Shown here: one piece after another, positions 1 through 11,451 of the stretch
How positions within the stretch are numbered: position 1 is the stretch's first letter
How the letters are laid out: the number at the start of each line of letters is the position of its first letter
NCBI RefSeq assembly: GCF_001194135.2
Contig: NC_068993.1
Coordinates: 22,052,562 to 22,110,982, forward strand
Source of the DNA: Octopus bimaculoides
Lineage: Eukaryota
Length of the DNA stretch: 58,421 nt
Direction: 5' to 3'
Made by a program: the position numbers and the translations under genes
Notes under the pieces: model-generated
Told to the model about the DNA's origin: nothing
Databases searched by the model: none
Seen by the model: only the letters and a program-made list of their open reading frames with translations

Positions 1-77
<77 letters not shown>

Positions 78-120
78 GTGTGTATATGTGTGTGTGTGTC
101 TATGTATGTATATAAACACA
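1..120. repeat. (TA)n/(TG)n compound microsatellite
   Basis: Directly visible dinucleotide runs. Confidence 0.95.
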
Positions 121-929
121 CGTATTTATACATACATATATACATTTATACTCATATACATTCATGTATGCAAACGTATACAACCTATATATCAAAGAAA
201 AGAGTATCGGGTATATCTGGGTATACTGTGAAGTATATTGTCAATGATTCAACAAAAGAAGTAAACTATTGACTCACAATGATAAACATTGAAACGTTAA
301 GATTATTATAATCCCACCTTTTTATGTAGCTACAATCAATCGCAAAAAGTTTCAAAATATATATTTAATCAGATATCTTTTATCAAACACATTTTAACAA
401 TGGTATATGATATCTGATGTCTTGAAGGTAACAATCAGAAATAAACTTTACATTTTCAGATGTCGAACGTCAAAGAAATACCACTAAAATAAGGTTATTG
501 CTAAAGAGACTCCACTGATAATAATGTTGAATTGACTAATTTGATAAAAGTGTTTTAAAAAACACAATACAATAAGCTATCAAAATTTCTACGATGAGAT
601 AAAATGCATGATATCATTTATCAAGTATTGTAACCTGAAATTGCACGTGTACGATCATGAAACTTATATGCTTAGTTCATTTCCTGAGAGATTGATCATG
701 TCGGATATTATAAAATGTAATGAAAATTTAAGTAATTATATAAACAACATTAATTATTATTTATATATAACCGATGTCTTACCTGAGTTAAGTTATCAAA
801 GACTTATAATCATATACAGGCACACGCAACAATACACATCTATACATCTGTATACACAGACACACATATATATGTATGTGTATGTGTATATATAACAATA
901 TATACATATATGCATATATAATGCATATA

Positions 930-1197
930 TGTATATGCCCCTCTCTTGCACTCTCCTGTCTTAGAAAGAACTTTTTCTCCACCCTTTCCCTTCCGGCCAT
1001 TCCACAATGTAACCTCGTGGATATCGTTGGCGATTTTTTCTTCCACTGTCTTCCCTTCTTTGGACTTTCCTATGTTTCCGACGAAGAGCTCCGCTCGAAA
1101 CGTCAAATTCTCTTTCTTTCCTTTCCCGAGCGTCCAGTAACACAATCTGTATCACGTCTTCACGTTGTTGTTTTTTGTCGTTTTTCTTTTTTGAACT
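930..1197 (+). mobile_element. 3'-terminal (pLTR-like) fragment of a Penelope-like element
   Basis: Shares HHR-like motif GAAGAGC..GCTCGAAAC, downstream TTCCCGAGCGT and a T-rich tail with the 3' end of the PLE at 52018-53535. Confidence 0.7.
1075..1107 (+). ncRNA. Minimal PLE-type hammerhead-like motif (U4C core variant)
   Basis: TTT-CCGACGA-A-GAGC(TCC)GCTC-GAAA-CGT-C-AAA: core, 4 bp stem II, palindromic ACGT in place of stem III, only 3 bp stem I. Confidence 0.6.
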
Positions 1198-1386
1198 NNN
1201 NNNNNNNNNNNNNNNNNNNNNNNNNNNNNNNNNNNNNNNNNNNNNNNNNNNNNNNNNNNNNNNNNNNNNNNNNNNNNNNNNNNNNNNNNNNNNNNNNNNN
1301 NNNNNNNNNNNNNNNNNNNNNNNNNNNNNNNNNNNNNNNNNNNNNNNNNNNNNNNNNNNNNNNNNNNNNNNNNNNNNNCATACATA

Positions 1387-1750
1387 CACGAGAGTGGTAT
1401 GAAAAGTTCGAAGGCTGACTATGAAAGAGTGATGTTACAGCTGTGAATCTCGCATTAATTTCAACCCTTCTTATCATTAACTGCAATGTTTCTTTCCAGG
1501 AAAACTAACACCTGACTGTTTAAAGAAGACTTCAAATGTAAATAATAGTGACTACTCTTGAAAATGGACGTAATTTATCATCTTGGCATCTTGGTCTGAA
1601 CAAGTAACTTCAGAAAAAAGGGTTTACCCTCAAAGGCATTTATGCTGACATCGTTGCTACATTAGGGGATGATGCTTCAGCTTTATCAGCTGTGCAAAAG
1701 TGGGCAACTGAATTTAGGAGGGGAAGGGAGACCCTTGAAGATGATCCATC
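1387..1750 (+). mobile_element. mariner transposon 5' fragment (TIR-like end plus N-terminal HTH), pseudogenised
   Basis: ATG at 1564; with a stop and frameshift reads ..IYADIVATLGDDASALSAVQKWATEFRRGRETLEDDP, the mariner HTH/EDxPRSGRP region; truncated by a microsatellite. Confidence 0.85.
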
Positions 1751-3104
1751 CATGCATCCATACATACATACATACATACATACAAACATACAGACAGACA
1801 GACAGATAGATAGATAGATAGATAGATAGATGGAATATGTATCAGAATGTTAAAAGATACAAGCAATCACAACTTCAAGTCTCAATATGGAAAACATGCA
1901 AACTATGAAGAACCTTTTTTTTACGGATTTCAATTTATATCATAAAATGATCCATAGAGCTATAAAATAGTGTAAAATAGTGTTTCTGNNNNNNNNNNNN
2001 NNNNNNNNNNNNNNNNNNNNNNNNNNNNNNTATGTGTGTGTGGTGTGTATGTGTGTGTGTGCGTGTGTGTGTGTGTGTGTGTGTAGGTATGGTGATGCAA
2101 ACAGGAAAAACAGAGATCAAAATATCAGTATATTCAGCAGAAGTAACAGAGTGACTCAAGATCCGAAAGTTTCGCGTGCTTGCCAAGAGCCAGCTTAGCA
2201 AAGTTCCTGTCATATTCATGCCGATATGAACTATCACTGAGAAGGTTTGTGGAAGTATACAGCAAATAAAATTATTGTGTAGAAAAATAAAAAAAATAAC
2301 ATTTGAAAGTCTCTTCTCGCTGAAAGTGAATAACATGTATGAATATGTGGAATATTAAACGCATTGTTTGACATAGGAACAAGGAACATACAATCAGAAT
2401 CATATTATTGCAAACATGCAATAAAATAGTCATTTTTCTTTCATACACACTCTCTGGATTACATTTGAAAGTACAACTGACCCAAATCTTTTTACAACAT
2501 ATAAGTTTTACGTTTTACTGTACAAGGTTTACTTCCCAAGGGATTTCGTTTAGACTGCCATTTATGGAAAGCATTGAATCACAAAGAAGCATCTACTATT
2601 TACAATTGCTTTCAACTCTTCCCAGAATCAAAATAATGTATTCAGTTAAAATAATTCATTATTTATTTGGTAGACTTACTCTTCAATAATACTACTTCAA
2701 CTTGGCTTTTGCGAACTTCTTGTTAACAGTGCCCGTTTAACTTTCGTATTTAAGTCTAGAGCTGTATTTCTAAAAGGAGACTGTACTATCATTGAAGTTG
2801 GGCGTGGGTGTGTAATGTGAGTTGTTATAGAGAAGTTCTTTATATGTGACATGCTGTTGGGGGTGCTAATAAAAAAAAATCGAAAGCGGTTTTTTGAGGC
2901 AAAAGCACTTGAGAAATACCTGTCCAGCATTACACTAGTGTCAACTGCAATACGTCTAGTTGTCGGATTTTCAGCTCACAATTGCATTCAAAACAGTACA
3001 AAAGATAAAATAATTGATCGCAACCCTTTTGCATCATACGCGGTTTGTCGGTAACATTACCAAACTGAAATAGCAGTGCGAAAAATTATTTGTGAATAAT
3101 GTAC

Positions 3105-3166
3105 CGTTCTCTACTTCTCGCTGGCTCTCGTGGCAACTCCAAACAAGTTTGGGTATCGCCATAATG
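3105..3166 (-). CDS. Candidate exon (possible alternative last coding exon) of the minus-strand gene
   Basis: tttgttctttag acceptor, gtacat donor, GC-richer 62 nt; the phase-1 frame gives LWRYPNLFGVATRASEK*; the other two frames are open. Confidence 0.25.
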
Positions 3167-3404
3167 CTAAAGAACAAATTGCGAGGTAAATATGTAGAAA
3201 TATATTATTTAGGTATTGCAAAATAGCATAGTTTAAAAACTAAATAACTCTGTCATACACATGATTAAGCCTAAGTATGAAGTAAATGAGTCATCTGTCA
3301 GTTTCGAGGATGAGTATTCCAGTTATTTGACCATTGAGTTATAGTTTAAGTAGATATGTTCTCATCTTAATCCTGAAGTAGACTCAGCATAATCAATGTG
3401 TGAT

Positions 3405-3590
3405 AAAGATGGCTGTTTAAATTACAAGTACACGTCAATTGGTGGACTTCTACAAAATTCCCATCTACCCAGTTTCACTCAGAAAGGTTGACACGAGCTA
3501 ATCTAAAAGGCACTCATTCTAGGCGGTATATTGTGGCATCGAATCCAAATATCATGGTTACGAAGCAAAGTTTCTTTACAACTTGGCCAT
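3405..3590 (-). mobile_element. Degenerate tRNA-derived SINE
   Basis: Reverse complement resembles the head of the SINE at 5450-5612 (ATGGCCAAGTTGTAAAGAAACTTTGCTTCGTAACCATG..TTCGATGCCAC). Confidence 0.5.
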
Positions 3591-4151
3591 CAACATTGTC
3601 ACATTAAAACGTAATAATTGCTTGCATGCTTAATGTTACATAACTTCGATTAGGATAAAATCACGCCAGGTGGAGTGGTTTGGGTTTATATCCACAAATT
3701 CAATCAACATTTCTGTTGTGTAGTTTACCATAGTCGTTACCTGAATCAGTTCTAATACTAGCTCTATTATATTAAGCATTATTTTAACCACAACAAAGCA
3801 TTGCACATGCAATGCACACACATACAAAAAAAGGAAACTTATTAGTTAAGAGAAAGTCATACTGCAAACGCAGTGATGTTGTGTAAAGCATTCCATTTTA
3901 ACAGTCAATCAGGCTACAGTGAGAATATCAGCTTTGTGCCTAAAACATACTAAAGCCGACCGACCTATACTCACGCACAGAGTTTCAAAGCAGACGTCCT
4001 GACCTGGTAGGAATATAACTTGTAAAGTTTAGGAACTTCTAAAAAAAATGTTTTATTTAAGGAAACAAGAGTCTCACCATCTGATGGTAGAGTAAAACAA
4101 AATATGTGTGTGTGTGTGTGTGCGTGTGTGTGTGTGTGTGTGTGTGAGTGT

Positions 4152-4192
<41 letters not shown>

Positions 4193-5214
4193 GGCATGTG
4201 CATTAATTCATATATGTATGTACTCACATAAAAATATATGCGGATGAATGTGTGTTACACATGTGTTCATAAATAAATAAATATATAAATATATANNNNN
4301 NNNNNNNNNNNNNNNNNNNNNNNNNNNNNNNNNNNNNNNNNNNNNNNNNNNNNNNNNNNNNNNNNNNNNNNNNNNNNNNNNNNNNNNNNNNNNNNNNNNN
4401 NNNNNNNNNNNNNNNNNNNNNNNNNNNATATATATGCACACGTACGTATATATGTATTGATTACTCATTCAGATGACATTTATGATAGATTATATAACAT
4501 AAATATGACCAGCTGTAATATATTAATCTAACACGATATATTCACGGCATAGTCTTAAGGAATGTACTTGTCCATAAATACCTCGAGTTGAGGGTATATA
4601 TAAACATTTGAAAAGCTTACAGGAGGAAAATCTATGCAACGAAAAACAAATAAACACATTAATGATATTTGATAATAAAAATGGTTATTGATTCAAGATT
4701 TTAAGATTATTTTATAGTTTTAATATTTATGTTCTGTCGGAAAGTAAGTAATGAATTTCTTTAAAAGTTCAATAAAGTCAAACTTTAGTGGAAATGTCTT
4801 TCCTTCTTTGCCTAGAATTAGAAATATAAAGGTTATCATTAAAATGCAACAATCAAATTCCAGTGGATGTTATTTTACTGACATTGCAATATTTCTGATG
4901 GAAATGTTAGCAAGAAACCAATAAAATATATCTCAACTCTTTTTTCCGCTTTCCATCTGGCTTAGCAACAATCGTCACTGTCAAAAAATTGTGCACCTAA
5001 AACGATTCTTGGAAAACGAAATGAGTTTCTTTCAAGGGTATATCTGAAAGTCACCATAGCTGCTTTCTCTCCTTTTACTTTAAGAGTGAGACTACTTTTC
5101 TTCATAGTACCACTTCATTGGAAAGAATGAAAAGGTGGCCAACACACTAGAGTATGGTAGCTCTGTATCATTTTAGTCTCGGGTTCAAAATCCTATCGGT
5201 TATCTCTTTCTTTT

Positions 5215-5420
5215 TACTCTCTTTTAATTGCTTCAGTCACTTTGACTGCGGCCATGCTGGAGCACCGCCTTTAGTCGAGCAAATCGACCCTAGGACTTTA
5301 TCTTTGGAAGCCTAGTACTTATTCTATCGGCCTCTTTTGCCGAATCGCTAAGTTATGGGGAGGTAAACACACCACCATCGGTTGTCAAGCGATGTTCGGG
5401 GAACAAACACAGACACACAA
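5215..5420. mobile_element. Octopus SINE-like interspersed repeat (family also at 58220-58421)
   Basis: TTTAGTCGA..AAATCGA..AAGCCTAGTACTTATTCTA..TTTTGCCGAA..GCTAA shared with the copy at the window end; both end in CA-rich sequence. Confidence 0.8.
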
Positions 5421-5449
5421 ATATATGCACGCATACATATATATAAATA

Positions 5450-5612
5450 TATACGACAGGCTTCTTTCAGTTTCCGTCTACTAAATCCTCTCACAAGGCT
5501 TTGGTCGGCCCAAGGCTATAGTAGAAGACACATGCCCAAGGTGCCACAGAGTGGGACTGAACCCAGAACCATGTTGGTAAGCAAGCTACTTACCACACAG
5601 CCACTCCTGCAC
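5450..5612 (-). mobile_element. tRNA-derived SINE (second family)
   Basis: Reverse complement begins GGTGCAGGAGTGGCTGTGTGGTAAGTAGCTTGCTTACCAACATGGTTCTGGGTTCAGTCCCAC, with Pol III A-box-like and B-box-like motifs. Confidence 0.85.
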
Positions 5613-5709
5613 CTATATTATATTCATTTTATATTACCGAAGTCCACGAACTGAAACCTAATAGTATACTAAAATAATAACATTGAACTGGCTGAAAGCA
5701 TTTAAAGAA

Positions 5710-5910
5710 TTTTGGTTTCAAATTTTGGCAGAAGGCCAGCAATTGCGGAAGGGTGAGGTAAGTCGATTACAACGACTTTAGTACTTATTTTATTGAGATC
5801 GAAAGGATGAAGGACGAATTCGACCTCGGCGGAATTTGAACTCAGAGCGCAAACACGGAAAATTGCCGCTGAGCATTTTTCCCAGCGTGCTAACTATTCT
5901 ACCAGCTCTT
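5710..5910 (-). mobile_element. tRNA-derived SINE (main octopus family)
   Basis: B-box GAGTTCAAATTCCGCCGAGGTCGA on the minus strand; homologous to copies at 14511, 18998, 19232 and 37118. Confidence 0.85.
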
Positions 5911-5934
5911 AGTTTTGATAATTGCATTGCCATG

Positions 5935-6152
5935 TCTGGTGGCCAACTTTCAAAATCGTTAGCGCACCGGACAAAATATTTAGCGGAGCTTCGTCTGTCT
6001 TTACGTTCTGGATTCAAACTCCTCTGAAGTCGACTTTGACTTCTGTTCTCTTGGGGTCGATAAAATAAATGGCAGTTGAGTGCTGAGATCGATGTCATCA
6101 ACAATTCCCTACCCGCAAACGTTCAGGTTTTATGCCTACAGTATAAAGGATA
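5935..6152 (+). mobile_element. tRNA-derived SINE (main family), head-to-head with the 5710-5910 copy
   Basis: AATCGTTAGCGCACCGGACAAAAT..GGATTCAAACTCC..GGGGTCGATAAAATAA..GCCTACAGTATAAAGG. Confidence 0.85.
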
Positions 6153-6397
6153 TTTGTTTTTCCATTCATCCACCTTAACAAAGTTTTCTTTGCGGTGGTT
6201 GACGTAAGAAAATCTTGCTTACAAAATATCTGATTGATGTTAGTTCAGTAACTCTTCAAATCTTCTAAAGAGAAACATCAGCGTCATAATATTCTAATCG
6301 ATTCAAAAACATTTGTGGTTTGTGTGTATGTATGAAATTAGTAATACTATTATTGCGAAGTAATACTATTATCGCTGATGGATTGATCATCTTTGTA

Positions 6398-6477
6398 CTA
6401 CAGTCCAGTAGGATCTTTATATTTCCATTTACTAAGACAAGCGTAGTTCCACATGAGTAGTAGAAATTGTTTCCGTT
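6398..6477 (-). CDS. Candidate terminal coding exon of the minus-strand gene
   Basis: Strong acceptor gtttcatttgcag; phase-1 start joins exon 22690-22781 giving K-RKQFLLLMWNYACLSKWKYKDPTGL*; intervening exons cannot be excluded. Confidence 0.4.
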
Positions 6478-6718
6478 CTGCAAATGAAACTTGCTGGTTC
6501 AATAATTTGCAATGTTTCCCAGCATATTTCTTGTGAGTTTATGTTGGACATCTTTATAACATACGGTGTATCACTTCAAACTTATAAGAATTAACGTTAT
6601 TTGTTTTAATGTTACCATGTTATCTGTTGAACTGTTCCTACATGATTTATCAATTCATAGATGAGACAGTTATTTTATTAATATGTGTATAAGGGTAAAT
6701 ATCCACATAAAGGAAATA

Positions 6719-7574
6719 TAGGGTCCGGCAAAATGATCTGACACATTTTTGGATTAAAAACAAAAATAAAAAAAGTAAAGAAACAAAAAAAATAATTTAA
6801 TTTTGAAAAGTACGTATAATGCCATTTTGTTTCATTTGGTTTTAAAAATTAAATCTGTCAAATGGGAGCCGTCATTGTCCACACACTGTCGAAGGCGTTC
6901 ATGAAAGTTGTCCATAACTCGGCGGATCATTTCATTAGGAATGGCAGCAATTTCTTGACGAATGGCATCTTTAAGTTGTTCAATAGATCGAGGGCGATTA
7001 ATGTATACCTTTGACTTGAGGTATCCCCAGAGGAAAAAATCGCAAGGATTTAAATCAGGTGATCGGGCGGGCCAAAATTCCCATCGCATTTCGAGAAGTG
7101 TGGGCTGTTGCCCCATCCTGTTGAAACCAAACATTTTCCGTATCGTGGAGCATATTCAATTTGGGTTTGAGAAAATTCTCTAGCATCTCACAATATCGAT
7201 CAGAGTTCACAGTCACTGTAACGTTGTCTTCTTCAAAGAAGTACGGACCCCATATATCGAATTCTGATACCGCACAACACACAGTCACCCGAGGAGAATG
7301 CAAAGGGCGTTCATGCAACTCACGAGGGTTGTTTTCGGCCCAGTATCTGAAGTTTTGCTTATTCACTGTGGCACACAGATGAAAATGCGCCTCGTCACTG
7401 AACAACACAACAGATGCATTGGTGATATTTTGTTGCATTTCCAAACACAATGCTCTGCGAAAGCAAAATGGCATTATATGTACCTTTCGAAAATGAAAAA
7501 AGCTTTTTTGTAACTTTAATTTATTTGCCTTTTATTAAACCTACAAATATGTCAGATCATTTTGCCGGACCCTA
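6719..7574 (-). mobile_element. Tc1/mariner transposon, internally deleted, DD41D(rosa)-like
   Basis: TIRs TAGGGTCCGGCAAAATGATCTGACA at both ends with TA TSD; FSDEAHF, WFQQDGATAHT and WPARSPDLNPCDFFLWG motifs; HTH missing; deletion and frameshift between the 2nd and 3rd catalytic D. Confidence 0.93.
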
Positions 7575-7894
7575 TATTTGCTCTGTAAAATGATATATTT
7601 ATAGTTGTTCATTTTGGTCGTCATATATGCTGTTCAAATGTATTTTCTGCTGTATTGCGTTTAGATTTTATCTGTTACGTACCTAATTCATTTTATTGAG
7701 AGAACTTTACAGTGAAAATAAAGTGTTTCTAATAAAGATTTTGGAAAGTTTTTATAATGGCAAATACAGCAGAATCGTTGCACGCAAGATAAAATGCTTA
7801 GAGACATTTCATCTGTTTTTACATTCAAATTTCACATGTTATTGGGATCCACTTTGCCTTTCATTCTTTTGGTGCAGATCAAATACTGTAGTTG

Positions 7895-7960
7895 GCATAA
7901 TCGACTATCTCCTCCGCCCAAAACTTTTGGTATTGTGCCTATAGTGAAAAACGTTGTTAT
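7895..7960 (+). mobile_element. SINE 3' fragment ending in (TAT)n
   Basis: TAATCGACTA..TTGTGCCTATAGT matches the main SINE 3' end. Confidence 0.6.
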
Positions 7961-7965
7961 TATTG

Positions 7966-8013
<48 letters not shown>

Positions 8014-10605
8014 GCCTTTGCCCAGCTTCTAACGCTGAAGATATACTACAGTGTCAGCTGTTCATTACCAGTGAACTAAGGTAACACTCCTTCTTTTTCG
8101 AGCTCCTTCCGGAGTATTCGAGCGATTCCAAGCAGTGCTGTTTTCTGCAAGTGCTCTACCCTTATTGCTGCCCCAATTTGTTCCACGTACTTCTCGAGAT
8201 TTTTGCTCACTGTTCCCAGGGCTCCGACAATAATTGGTACTATTGTTACCCTTTTTATCGACCACGACTACTTAAATTCCCAAGCTAACCTATCATATCT
8301 CTCGACTTTTCTTTCTTCCTTATCGCATACCTTGTTGTCAGCTGGGCATGCTATATCTATGATCCAGCATAGTTTGTTTTCTTTCTCAATGACGACGATG
8401 TCTGGTTACCTTTTCTCTATCTCCTGGTCGCACTGAATCATAAAATCCCATAGGATCTTTGCATTATCATTTTTCGATGATGCCTTCGGATTTATATTCA
8501 TAAAATGGTTTTGCACTGTCAAGTCCATACTTGTTGCAAAGTGTACAATAAACAGTCCTTGCTATATTGTCATGACGCCTATTATATTCTTTCTGGGCTA
8601 GTGGCGTACATTGACTGGTAATATGGCATACGGGTTCGCTATTTTGTCCACAAATTCTGCAATTATCACTTTCGGATGTGTTGTCTATTTTGTATTTGAT
8701 GTAATTGATTCATAATACTTGCACTTGGGCGGGCACAGATTAGAGCCTCCGTTTCCGGTTTTAAATCACTTTCAGTCATCCGTAGCCATCCTTTTTTCTC
8801 AGACTGTTTTATCTTCAGCATTCCTATGAAATTGTCTATGAATTCTTTTCTTTATCCACCTATTTTCAGGTTCATTCATTCTCAAGTCCTTGTAAGGTGA
8901 ATTATCTTTGCAATCCTTCTTCCTACACAAGCCTGATCTTCTTACTTCCAATAATAGCGGTATTGCGGCATTTTTTATATGCCATACTGTGTTGTTGTTT
9001 TCTGCTTTATTGCTGTGTTCGTATCCAATAAGTCCTCTTCCTCTTCTTTTTCTTGGTACATACAGTCTGTCTGCGTCACTTCTTGGGTGGAGTATCCCAT
9101 ATGTAGTCAGCAACTTCTGTGTCTTTCTGTCTAAGCTCTTTAGTTCGTCTAGTGTCCAATCGATTATCCATGTTCCATATCTAAGACGTGAAACCGCCCG
9201 GGTGTTGATAACTTCAATTTTATTCCATCCGTTTAATTTCGACTTAAGTATTAGTCTCTGTCTGCGTAAGTACTCCACCTTAAATTTTTATTTCATTTCT
9301 TTCTCCATCAATTTATCCCTTTCCAATATCTCCAAGTACTCTTCTATCTGCTTCATAACCTCCTCCGACGGTATCGCTTGCCAGTCCATGCATTTGATTT
9401 TGCCTCTCTTCAAGACTAACACACCACACATTTTCAGTCCGAACCCCATTCTGATATCAGCACTGAAAGGATACACCGTATCAACGAGGGAACTGACTTG
9501 AGCTTTATCTTTACCATAAAGTCATCCATGAACAACAAGTGGCTGACTTTTTGTTGGCGGCTCTTGAATGCATACCTAGCTTTTACTTTCCTCAGAACCA
9601 GTGTTAGTGGTATCATGCACAGTACAAAGATCAGTGTGGACAGGCAGTCCTCCTGGAAGATGCCTCTCCCGATTTCTTTTGTCCCTAAACTTTTTCCATA
9701 TGCTGTCAGTTCCGTCCTCCAATTAGCCATACTTTTTCCAAGCAATCGCTCAAGATTCGATGCAATAGGAAATAGGTTCATGCTTTCCATTAGCCAAGAA
9801 TGTGGAATCATATCGTACGCCTTACAATAATTGACCCATGACATAGCTAAGTCAGTCTTCCTCCTCTTGCAGTCTCTAAGTACAATTTTGTCTACCAGGT
9901 GTTGATCCTTGGTACCTCTGCACTTACGCTTGCAATCCTTCTTCTCATGTGGAACGACTCTATTTTTTTGCAGATGTCCGTACATTCACTTTGGGACTAC
10001 TCCAGTCAATAATTTCCTCACAGGTAGCAAGCAGGATATCGGCCTGTAATTATCTACCATATTGCCATTTTCGATGTTCTTCAAGCACAGCACTGTCCTA
10101 CTGTGTTACTTGGTCGGCATTTAACAAGGTGTTAAGTTGTGCATATATTCATGCATGACATTCACCAAATCTTCTGATCCTGTAGCCTTGAACTTTATCT
10201 GGTCCCTGGGCCTTCCAGTTGCCCATTTTTCTGCTGATTTCTTTCACTTCCCTAACAGAAATGACTAGTTCTGCTTGTTTTGGAGAGACTACTATTTGTT
10301 TCAGTTCTTGCAACCATTCAGCGTCCTTTTTGTGCTTTTTGTCTTTGCTCCAGATGTCACTCCAAAACCTTTGACTTTCAATATTATCTGGTACCAACTT
10401 TTCATCTGTATACTCTCCATTTATTTCTTTTTAGAATCTCTTCTGATCTACTCTGAATAACCTATTCTGCTGGTATCCCTACATTCTTTGGTCGTACTTA
10501 CCATCTCTGCTTTCTTTGCAACGAGGCGCTGTTTCACTTCCTCCATTCCAACTTTCAGGCCCTTCCTTTCAATATCATACTTCTTGTTCAGTGCCCTGTA
10601 TTTAC
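7956..10605 (-). mobile_element. R4/Dong-clade non-LTR retrotransposon (RT, CCHC knuckle, restriction-like endonuclease), 5'-truncated, pseudogenised, (TAA)n tail
   Basis: KAYDMIPHSW, GIFQEDCLS and HLLFMDD RT motifs; DRLYVPRKRRGRGL; CRICG..HI..C knuckle; PDIVVIEK..IIDIACP nuclease motif; ORF ends ..ARILRKELEKEGVLP* at ~8076; many stops and frameshifts. Confidence 0.92.
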
Positions 10606-10606
10606 A

Positions 10607-10690
10607 CACTGGGTTGATGTGATCAATTGTCCCTTCCCCACAAAAATCCAGGACTTGTGCCTATAGTAGAAAGGATTATTATTATTGTAG
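10607..10690 (+). mobile_element. SINE 3' fragment
   Basis: ACTGGGTTGATGTGATC..CCCTTCCCCAC..CTTGTGCCTATAGTAGAAAGGATTATT. Confidence 0.7.
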
Positions 10691-11451
10691 TTGTTGTTGT
10701 TACCAGTGTATTTTATTTTGCCTTTCATACTTTCGAATTTGTAGTCAAGTGCCTCATCGATTTATACAAATATATATCGTCTCCAACTTTTCAATCTTTG
10801 CTCCATTGTTAGATATAACTGCTGATGATATTATTTTTGTGTTGTTTCATTTCATATGTTATGTTAGTCGTAGTTATCCATTAATTCAAGATCGATACTC
10901 ATCAATAATATACTGGACCAATTTGACTACTTATATCCTCCAGAATAATTTTCTATTCTTTAAATAATCTTTAATGATTTAAGCGAATGTTTGTCATGGA
11001 CAGCCATGTATTTCTGTATTATTTGGATGTACAATGTTAGGTGGAAGTGATTGTGATAGTGGATGTGAGTGCGAAGGCTCCAGTTTCTTTGTCATGGATA
11101 TTTTTATTATATTAACAGTTGTGTGGTTAAAATCACAGTAAATGCTCTGTTTGTGGTATTTTTAATTGAAAGGTTCGCATGATGATTGCTGGATTTTGCA
11201 GATGTTTCGTCACAAGTCCGCTAACGTTGAACTGATCTATAAGTAAATGTATTTCATTTATTATTATTCTTACTTATGTTCAAACAGAGTAGACCGTGCA
11301 AAGCTAATACAGTGTGTGTAATCCGTTTTTTTTTCCTTTTTTCCTTTTGTCCTTTAAAACAGCGGAGTTTCATCTGAAGTAAATGGAGCGGCTATTTCTT
11401 GCAGAACGTGCAACCATGCAGAGCTTCCTTTCTTTGCACAATTGTTAAATA

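Noticed and set aside
40-272. CV/HT/YI/SL-repeat ORFs here and throughout the window, and ORFs spanning N runs
   Set aside because: Translations of microsatellites and assembly gaps
8908-9501. 197 aa plus-strand ORF
   Set aside because: Antisense shadow of the LINE RT
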